DNA from: Nitrososphaerota archaeon
GTDB taxonomy: Archaea > Thermoproteota > Nitrososphaeria > Nitrososphaerales > UBA57
Assembly (NCBI GenBank): GCA_002713205.1
Contig: PAVW01000013.1
Span: 30,272-62,271 of the forward strand
Direction: 5' to 3'
DNA: 32,000 nt
A program made the position numbers and the translations under genes. Below are positions 1 to 6,611 of the stretch, piece after piece. Positions within the stretch are counted from its first letter, which is position 1; every line of letters begins with the position of its first letter. A model generated the notes under the pieces. That model was given only the letters and a program-made list of their open reading frames with translations, had not been told where the DNA came from and did not search any database.

Positions 1-1
1 T

Positions 2-1069
2 GCAAAAAATTTTGCAATGGCTGCCACAAAAAACAATGTAAAAAGAATAATCTATCTAAGTGGACTTGTCAGTATTCCAGACAGGGAAATGTCAAAACAT
101 ATGGCAAGTAGGAAAGAAGTTGGCGAGATATTAAAGACATCAAAAGCTAAGGTTACAATTTTTCGAGCATCAGTAATAATAGGAAACGGAAGTGGAGGAT
201 TTAAAATGATGCATTACTTGGTTGAAAGATTACCTATAATGATATGTCCAAGATGGGTACTAACAAAATTACAACCAATATTTGTCGATGATGTAATATC
301 ATATCTTTTTGAAAGTCTATTTAAAAGAGAAACCGAAGGAAAAATGTTTGATGTGGGAGGCCCTGATACAATACCATACAAAGATCTGATGAAATTGTAT
401 GCTAAAAAAAATAATAAAACAATACGAATGATAATAATTCCATTTTTGAGTCTAAGATTAACATCCTATTGGGTTGACTTGATAACCCCAATGAAAAAGT
501 CACTCACCAGGCCTTTAGTAGAAGGATTAAAAAATGAATCTGTAATAACGGAGAATTCAATTAAAAAAATCATACCATTGAAATTGAAAGGAGTAGATCA
601 ATCATTGGATATTGCAATAGGTACGCAGATACAGAACCAGAAACATACTGCAAGAAAAGAAATTCTATTATCATATTTGCTAATTTTATTAGGAATTACA
701 GGTGCTGCGCATTATTGGGTAGATGAAAGAATAATGTCAATGCATCTTCTGGGACATATAAGTACAGGAATCTGGTTCTTATTGTTATTAGTTGGTTATT
801 TTTTTATAAAGAAAGGAGCTCGACTTGGAGCACTATTGGCAGGGATTGTTGGTTGGACTGCTGCATTGTTTTTGTTAATCGATAGCATGTATTTAATTTC
901 TTATTTGCCAAAAATTGGATCTTATACTGTAAGTAAAGGAATAGCAATTCTAGGTAATTATCCAGATGCAAATACTGTTTTATTGAATATAATGGGTTTG
1001 TTTGTAATTGCAATATTACTAGTTGTAGCACATTTTACATTTTATGATAAAAATAAAAACGTAAAATAA
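2..1069 (+). CDS. NAD(P)-binding epimerase/dehydratase (NmrA/atypical SDR)-like protein, 5'-truncated by the window edge, with a C-terminal multi-TM hydrophobic region
   Basis: The reading frame is open from base 2 (gca aaa aat ttt gca atg), so the ATG at 17 is probably internal. 'VKRIIYLSGL...FRASVIIG' resembles the middle and C-terminal part of extended SDRs, and the Rossmann N-terminus is missing. The last ~135 aa contain about 4 hydrophobic helices. Confidence 0.55.
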   Translation, partial: AKNFAMAATKNNVKRIIYLSGLVSIPDREMSKHMASRKEVGEILKTSKAKVTIFRASVIIGNGSGGFKMMHYLVERLPIMICPRWVLTKLQPIFVDDVISYLFESLFKRETEGKMFDVGGPDTIPYKDLMKLYAKKNNKTIRMIIIPFLSLRLTSYWVDLITPMKKSLTRPLVEGLKNESVITENSIKKIIPLKLKGVDQSLDIAIGTQIQNQKHTARKEILLSYLLILLGITGAAHYWVDERIMSMHLLGHISTGIWFLLLLVGYFFIKKGARLGALLAGIVGWTAALFLLIDSMYLISYLPKIGSYTVSKGIAILGNYPDANTVLLNIMGLFVIAILLVVAHFTFYDKNKNVK

Positions 1070-1122
1070 TATAAAAAGTAAGAAAATATGGGGTTTTTAA
1101 ATTAAAAATTAAGAAGGCCGAA

Positions 1123-1698
1123 ATGATTGGGAAAATTCAAAGGATATCGGGCAATGTTAACAACTTTCCCACATACACTACACAAATAATGAATCTGGCA
1201 AACCAGAATGCCAAAGGAACAAGGCCTAAAGTAGTTGGACAGCTAACTGATTTAATTCAAGAATGTCCATATAATGAACACAAAAAATGGAAAGAATGGT
1301 ATCTTAACGAACAGCCCAATGCAATAGACAATGCAACCCAGAAAGTTCTTGATGGGGTTGAAAAGCTAAAAGATGGAATTAATAAAATAGATGAAAATAT
1401 GGTCCGATCTTGGGTAAAAGAATTAGTTATAGATAAGACTTTCATTGGTTTAAGATTACAAGAAGTAATATTAATAAAATTCTCAGAGATGTTGAAGACT
1501 AAGTATCGTTTAGCAACACCTGAACAGGAAAGCAAAGGTATAGATGGCTTTTTAGGAGATGTTCCTGTTTCGATAAAACCAGTTACGTATAAAATTAAGA
1601 AGTCGTTGCACGAAGATATAGATGTTAAAATGATTTTTTACGATAAAAAGAATGATGAAATTATTATTTCTGATGAATGTATAAATCAATTTTATTAA
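1123..1698 (+). CDS. Putative type II restriction endonuclease, partner of the adjacent methyltransferase
   Basis: 191-aa ORF convergent with a DNA methyltransferase, overlapping it by 4 nt at the 3' ends. It has a possible PD-(D/E)XK-like core '...QESKGIDGFLGDVPVSIKP' (D...S-I-K). The family could not be identified by eye. Confidence 0.45.
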   Translation: MIGKIQRISGNVNNFPTYTTQIMNLANQNAKGTRPKVVGQLTDLIQECPYNEHKKWKEWYLNEQPNAIDNATQKVLDGVEKLKDGINKIDENMVRSWVKELVIDKTFIGLRLQEVILIKFSEMLKTKYRLATPEQESKGIDGFLGDVPVSIKPVTYKIKKSLHEDIDVKMIFYDKKNDEIIISDECINQFY

Positions 1699-2795
1699 GC
1701 GTATTCAATCTCGAATATGTTATCCTTAATTTTGCTAAATGTCTTTACCATGGGTATGACCATTCTTGTTTCTTGTCTTGTCATTACTGGAAATTTATAT
1801 CTTTCATTAAAGTAACTTAGTTTTCCGTTTTCTTTTTCTCTTTTTTTAACGAAATCTAGATGTTGTTTAATTCTTGTATTGTTATATCCGTTTGCTAATT
1901 CTAAAAGATTATCCATACGTAGATTTATTATTTCCATGAAATTCGAATCTATCTCATATCCAATGCTGTTCCGTCCAGATGCCATAGCTCCAAGGGTAGT
2001 GGTACTCGTTCCCAAATATGGATCTAATACTACATCGCCCTGGACCGAAAACATGGTTATTAATCTATACGCTAACTCGAAGGGATAAGCAGCACTTCTT
2101 TCTCTAATGTTTTTATGGTTTAGTTTCTGTCTGTCACCCATTAAGCCTTCCCAAATGTCCGAAAACCATTTATTTCGTTCTTCCCAAAAAAAAGCACTTC
2201 TGTGTCTATTCGATTTTTCTAATTCGGTGTTAAACTCTCTTTTGGCCCCCTTTCTTAAAATTAAAATGTATTCATGTTCTAAAGTTACATAAGCTCCCAC
2301 TGGCAACATCCCAGAACCCATAAATTTGTTCGGTTTATTAGACTGCTTTCTCCAAAGAATGTCGGGTAAAACATGGAACCCTAATTCTGTGCAAAATGAT
2401 AATATTCGTGCGTGATTTGAATATAATTTAAAGGAATTATCTATTTTTCTGGTTGCATCACCAATGTTAATACAAGCAATACACCCAGGCTCTAAAACCC
2501 TATAAACTTCTTTCCAGACTTTATCTAGTTCTTGATGCATTAATTCAAAGGCCGAATCATCATCATAATCTGCAAGGGCTTTTTCTATATCTTTGTTCTG
2601 TTCTGAAAACATCTCATCCCACATCTCTATCATGGGATATGGTGGAGATGTAACAACAAATTGAATAGAATCATTGTCTATATCATTCATAATTCTACTA
2701 TCGTCTATGATTATTTTGTGTGATGTTTTGACACTCCCACTATTGTTTTCCAGTGAATTATTTACATAATAATCTATACTATGACTCTCTTCCAT
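1695..2795 (-). CDS. DNA methyltransferase, beta-class N4/N6 family (N6_N4_Mtase type), probably N4-cytosine
   Basis: Catalytic motif IV 'VVTSPPYP' lies near the N-terminus. The AdoMet motif I-like 'VVLDPYLGTSTTTLGAMASGRNSIGYEID' lies near the C-terminus. The IV-then-I order defines the beta class, and an SPPY-type motif is typical of m4C enzymes. Confidence 0.85.
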   Translation of the reverse strand: MEESHSIDYYVNNSLENNSGSVKTSHKIIIDDSRIMNDIDNDSIQFVVTSPPYPMIEMWDEMFSEQNKDIEKALADYDDDSAFELMHQELDKVWKEVYRVLEPGCIACINIGDATRKIDNSFKLYSNHARILSFCTELGFHVLPDILWRKQSNKPNKFMGSGMLPVGAYVTLEHEYILILRKGAKREFNTELEKSNRHRSAFFWEERNKWFSDIWEGLMGDRQKLNHKNIRERSAAYPFELAYRLITMFSVQGDVVLDPYLGTSTTTLGAMASGRNSIGYEIDSNFMEIINLRMDNLLELANGYNNTRIKQHLDFVKKREKENGKLSYFNERYKFPVMTRQETRMVIPMVKTFSKIKDNIFEIEYA

Positions 2796-2988
2796 CGTTC
2801 TGACTCCTTTTTCTTTGGCTTAACAACAATAATGAAATCCTTTTCCTCGTCATCTTATCTTCCAAGCTAAATAATCTCCCTTCTCAAGTTCAAACTGTTT
2901 AATAATACAAAGGGCATGGTAGTCCTGTTACACACTTTTTGTTTGTTTTATTCAGAATTATAGTCTGTCCATTAACCATGTTTAATAC

Positions 2989-3019
2989 TATGATTGTCTT
3001 TTATATGAATGAAATCATA
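2989..3019 (+). promoter_or_regulatory. 7-nt inverted repeat (TATGATT ... AATCATA) bracketing a TATA-like box (TTTTATAT, 2999-3006) upstream of the B12-binding-domain gene
   Basis: Read directly: tatgatt at 2989-2995 and aatcata at 3013-3019. The TATA-like element between them lies about 57 nt upstream of the ATG at 3063. Confidence 0.3.
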
Positions 3020-3062
3020 ATTAAGAAAAATATGGGATTAGAAAAAACAAGAGAGAAGAATA

Positions 3063-3917
3063 ATGGTATATATTCGAAATAAGCAAGTAAAAGGAAAAAA
3101 TTATGCATATCTAGTTCGTAGTGTTTGGAACAAAGACAAAAAATCCACTAGTCAACAGACAATAAAATATTTGGGAAGATCATCGAAAGTGACGATAGAT
3201 AATATTCCTGTAAGATTTCGGAATAATCCTAATGTAATCAAATTCATAGTTAGAAAGAAACACATACAACATGAAGATTTATCAGAATTAATTTATGCAA
3301 CACAAAAAGAAATCTTAATTAAATTATCAGAATCAGTGACAGTTGATTATACTCGGTTATATGAACAATATAAAAAAAATTTTTCCACTGTAGAATTTTT
3401 TGACAAGATAATTAAACCGATTCTCTATGATGTAGGAGACCGTTGGAAACAAAATAAATTACTCATTGGAACTGAGCATGTAATTAGTAACAGAATTAAT
3501 ACAGTTATTAAACAAACAATAACTCATAGAAAAAAAAGAACAAATTATAAAATTTTGATTTGTAATCCTACTGGTGAAAGACACAACATAGCGTGTAATA
3601 TATTAGAATCAGTATTAATCAACAATGGTTTCAATGTTTTTAATATTTCACCATCAACTCCAAGTGAAGATGTATTACAATACATAGATGAGATAAAACC
3701 GAACTTAATATTGATATCAATAACCTTACCCAATAACATTAAAGCGGGAATTAATTTGGTGGAAAGAACAAGTAATTCATGTAAAATACCTATAATAGTA
3801 GGTGGGCAAGCAATTAATTCTAAAAATTCAAATAAATTTTTATCAGCAACAGTAATGGATTCAAATAACTCATTTAACCAAATTGTGAAAAAAATAACAA
3901 TGATACAAAAAAGATGA
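3063..3917 (+). CDS. CarH-like cobalamin-binding protein (B12-binding_2 helical bundle plus B12-binding Rossmann domain) with a non-MerR N-terminal domain
   Basis: 'VGDRW(128)KQNKLLIGTE(138)H(139)' is a Wx9EH motif. 'NPTGERH(174)NIACN' is an ExH lower-axial-ligand motif. 'ISPSTP', 'LILISITLP' and 'IVGGQA' match the B12-binding Rossmann fold. The N-terminus 'KGKNYAYLVRSVWNKDKK...IKYLGR' is a basic beta-hairpin-like segment. Confidence 0.8.
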   Translation: MVYIRNKQVKGKNYAYLVRSVWNKDKKSTSQQTIKYLGRSSKVTIDNIPVRFRNNPNVIKFIVRKKHIQHEDLSELIYATQKEILIKLSESVTVDYTRLYEQYKKNFSTVEFFDKIIKPILYDVGDRWKQNKLLIGTEHVISNRINTVIKQTITHRKKRTNYKILICNPTGERHNIACNILESVLINNGFNVFNISPSTPSEDVLQYIDEIKPNLILISITLPNNIKAGINLVERTSNSCKIPIIVGGQAINSKNSNKFLSATVMDSNNSFNQIVKKITMIQKR

Positions 3918-4073
3918 TGGGGACGGCAGGATTTGAACCCACGATCTCCCGGTCACTGCTGCTCCAAAGGTGCATCATCCGTTATGTCAGTTACCTAATT
4001 ATACTATTAGCTTCTGGAGCCGTTAGCGGCACAATAATGTGCTGACGCCATAACCGAGCTAGGCTACGTCCCC
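3918..4073 (-). tRNA. tRNA-Trp (anticodon CCA) with two predicted introns: about 21 nt in the anticodon stem (after position 28) and 60 nt at the canonical 37/38 site
   Basis: On the minus strand: acceptor GGGGACG/CGTCCCC plus discriminator A; D arm GCCT-AGCTCGGTTA-TGGC; T arm GTGGG-TTCAAAT-CCTGC. Removing 81 nt restores anticodon stem TCCGG/CCGGG and loop CTCCAGA, giving a 75-nt mature tRNA without CCA. G1:C72 and A73 fit archaeal tRNA-Trp identity. Confidence 0.7.
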
Positions 4074-4142
4074 TGTTATTTGAAATATATATCCAATATT
4101 TGAATGGTAATATATTTCAATAATTATTTATAACATGTATTT

Positions 4143-4745
4143 ATGACAAGTTTCGAATTCAAACCACTTTCACGTTCTTTTTACGATTCAAGTACAGTAC
4201 TAGTAGCAAAAAAATTACTAGGTAAATTAATTATCAGGAAGCTAAATGGACGGATTATAAGTGGAAGAATAGTGGAAACGGAAGCTTATACATCAGGTAA
4301 ACATGATGCTGCAAGTCATGCATGTAAAGGTATAACTGAAAGAAACAAAGTCATGTTTGGTAAAAATGGCATTTCTTACGTTTATTTTACATATGGAATG
4401 TATTTCATGTTTAATGTAGTAGCAAAGAAAAAAACAGAAGATGCAGGAGCTGTGCTAATACGTGCATTAGAACCAATTAATGGCATTAAAATAATGGAAT
4501 TAAATAGACATGTAAAAAATAAATTAAATATAACTAATGGTCCAGGTAAACTTACAAAAGCGCTTGTAATTGATAAGAAATTCAACGGTATAGATATGAC
4601 AAAAAAAGGGAAATTATATATCACAAACTTTGAACGAAGAAGAGAGGAAATATCAGCTTCTACAAGAGTTGGAATATCATCTGCTATGGATAAAAAATGG
4701 AGATTTTACTTGAAAGGAAACAAATTCGTGTCAAAAAAGGACTGA
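4143..4745 (+). CDS. DNA-3-methyladenine glycosylase (MPG/AAG family)
   Basis: 'AKKLLGKLIIR...GRIVETEAYTSGKHDAASHACKGITERNKVMFGKNGISYVYFTYGMYFMFNVV...VLIRALEP' matches the conserved MPG-family core. Confidence 0.85.
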   Translation: MTSFEFKPLSRSFYDSSTVLVAKKLLGKLIIRKLNGRIISGRIVETEAYTSGKHDAASHACKGITERNKVMFGKNGISYVYFTYGMYFMFNVVAKKKTEDAGAVLIRALEPINGIKIMELNRHVKNKLNITNGPGKLTKALVIDKKFNGIDMTKKGKLYITNFERRREEISASTRVGISSAMDKKWRFYLKGNKFVSKKD

Positions 4746-4870
4746 AAACAAGAACATCATGAGTAATTAGTATAAAAATCAAAATTGGCAATCGATATAG
4801 AACAATAAATTATTAACTTAGGAAAAGACAAACAATAAAGTTAATTTACATCCTTTTTCTATACGTTAAT

Positions 4871-4989
4871 GTTGCCGGCCATAGCAATGGTGTTCCACCT
4901 GGTCCCATTCCGAACCCAGAAGTTAAGCCCATTGACGCTGTTGTGTTAGTTAGGTCCGAAAGGTCTTGCGAAGCAATAGTGCCGGCACA
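4871..4989 (+). rRNA. 5S ribosomal RNA; no 16S/23S rRNA gene is present in the window
   Basis: Terminal helix TGCCGGC (4873-4879) pairs with GCCGGCA (4981-4987). The conserved 5S core 'CCCATTCCGAACCCAGAAGTTAAGCC' is present, and GC is much higher than in the flanks. The exact ends are uncertain by about 2 nt. Confidence 0.85.
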
Positions 4990-5045
4990 TTTAATATTTA
5001 ACAAACCTTATTTTCGAGTATTAATTAATTTATAATCTATAACAA

Positions 5046-6191
5046 GTGATTAATTTGGAACTATTATTAATATTAGGTGGAGTAGGTAATGCATTTGGAG
5101 ATAATCCATGGCTCAACAATCCAGTAATTAGTATAATGATTTTTTATCTTCCTTTAGCTCTTTTGATTTTATATGGTCAAAAAATTCAATCATGGATGAT
5201 GTTAAATGACATATCAAAATCAATTGGTAAATTAAAAGAAATGAAAGAAAAAAGCAGAGACGAGGCTATAAATCACATCACTGAAGGAGTAGATAACAAA
5301 GATAACGTAATTAAGAAGATTGATTCATTTTTAGAATATTTTACAATTATGCCAGTTGATTTAGATCCAGCAGGTGTTGTCAACAAATTAGATCATTTAA
5401 TGACAACAAGAGATGAACGAATGAGAATAGAAATAAAAAATATGTTGCCTGAATTAGATTCAATAAAAGCTAATTCTGTAGAAAATATTATTGAGATTGC
5501 TACATCGTATAATTTTGTTTATAAAATTGCTAGGCATTTTTACTTGATAGGAAAAAAATCAAGCAATATTCTAATCTTAGCACAATTACAAATGATTATG
5601 CCTTTTATATTAATGCAGGCAGATGCGTTAACAAAAGCTATGAGTACATTCAGGGAAAGTCAACCGATTGGAGATTCAATAGGTCCGATGATTGTAGGTA
5701 AATTAATGTTAGAGAAAGAAAAACATGAAATAGCTAGAGACACAATTTATGCTGAATCAAATATCGAAAATCGGAAAGTCTATTTAATTACTGCAAAAGG
5801 TCCAGGAGGTACTGTAGGTCAACCAGGAAATGCATTAAAAAATATCATTGAGAAAGGAACTAAGCCTTCTATTTTGATAATGATTGATGCTGCATTAAGA
5901 TTAGAGGGAGAAAAAACTGGAGAGATAGCAGAAGGAATAGGAGCAGCTATAGGCGGGATAGGTGTAGATCGATTTAAGATAGAAGAAATAGCTACGGAAA
6001 ATAACATACCAATTTATGCAATAGTCATAAAACAAACTTTGGTAGAGGCAATATCAATTATGAGAAAAGAAATAGCTGAAACTACAGAACCTGTACACGA
6101 TATTTTGAATCGATTAATAATGGAAAGAACCAAAGAAGGCGATTCAGTGATAATAATCGGAGTAGGTAATACAGCAGGAGTGGGTCAATAG
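5046..6191 (+). CDS. Conserved archaeal protein of unknown function with N-terminal TM segments (possibly DUF1512 family)
   Basis: 381-aa ORF with a GTG start and hydrophobic N-terminus. The Gly-rich C-terminal domain reads 'GPGGTVGQPG...AEGIGAAIGGIGVD'. The DUF1512 assignment is from memory of family size and taxonomy and is unverified. Confidence 0.5.
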   Translation: MINLELLLILGGVGNAFGDNPWLNNPVISIMIFYLPLALLILYGQKIQSWMMLNDISKSIGKLKEMKEKSRDEAINHITEGVDNKDNVIKKIDSFLEYFTIMPVDLDPAGVVNKLDHLMTTRDERMRIEIKNMLPELDSIKANSVENIIEIATSYNFVYKIARHFYLIGKKSSNILILAQLQMIMPFILMQADALTKAMSTFRESQPIGDSIGPMIVGKLMLEKEKHEIARDTIYAESNIENRKVYLITAKGPGGTVGQPGNALKNIIEKGTKPSILIMIDAALRLEGEKTGEIAEGIGAAIGGIGVDRFKIEEIATENNIPIYAIVIKQTLVEAISIMRKEIAETTEPVHDILNRLIMERTKEGDSVIIIGVGNTAGVGQ

Positions 6192-6611
6192 ATGTCAATG
6201 CCGCTTATGGGTGTACCTGACAAAAAACAACGGAAATTCAATATATATACTATAGAGGAATGCGGTCATGGTTCAAAGGACAAAAATGGAAAATTTGAAA
6301 AAGGTACAAAGTCCGAAGGAGAATTTAAGTTTGAAAAAGGTACAAAGTACGAAGGAGAATTTAAGGATGGGAAAAAACATGGTCAGGGAATATTAAAAGA
6401 TTCAGACGGTAAAATTATCTATGAAGGAGAATGGAAGGATGACAAACCAGATGGTAAAGGAACAATAACAATTCCAGATAGTGCGTGTAAAAAATCAATT
6501 AAAAGAAAATTTGTAAAGGGAGATTATGTTCATAAAATTATTGATGAATGTAAAGAATGCAAGAATAACAAGATTATAACAATGATATTTGCAGAAGAAG
6601 AAAAAAGCTAG
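6192..6611 (+). CDS. MORN-repeat protein
   Basis: Repeated 'Y/FEGEFKDGKKHGQG' and 'YEGEWKDDKPDGKG' units match the MORN consensus YxGxWxxGxxxGxG. Its ATG follows the upstream stop directly (TAGATG). Confidence 0.75.
   Translation: MSMPLMGVPDKKQRKFNIYTIEECGHGSKDKNGKFEKGTKSEGEFKFEKGTKYEGEFKDGKKHGQGILKDSDGKIIYEGEWKDDKPDGKGTITIPDSACKKSIKRKFVKGDYVHKIIDECKECKNNKIITMIFAEEEKS
6294..6365 (+). repeat. 2 x 36-bp in-frame tandem duplication inside the MORN gene, with one mismatch
   Basis: 6294-6329 and 6330-6365 are both tttgaaaaaggtacaaagtNcgaaggagaatttaag. They differ only at c6313 versus a6349, a Ser/Tyr change. Confidence 0.95.

Noticed and set aside
3956-4015. A box C/D guide RNA embedded in the 60-nt tRNA-Trp intron, as is known for euryarchaeal tRNA-Trp introns that guide Cm34 and Um39.
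   Set aside because: I found CTGA and ATGATGC (D'- and C'-like), plus an 8-bp complementarity to the anticodon region. There is no credible terminal box C or box D. With the nearest D-like GTGA, the N+5 rule points to G31 rather than C34 or U39. The pairing is explained more simply as part of the splicing helix. It is worth a covariance-model check but is not supported by eye.
1070-4073. The R-M pair and CarH-like gene as an integrated mobile element that targeted the tRNA-Trp gene.
   Set aside because: There is no integrase, transposase or other mobility gene. I found no direct repeat of the tRNA 3' end at the far boundary; only a trivial ATGGGG match near 1098. The accessory nature remains possible, but integration at the tRNA is unsupported.
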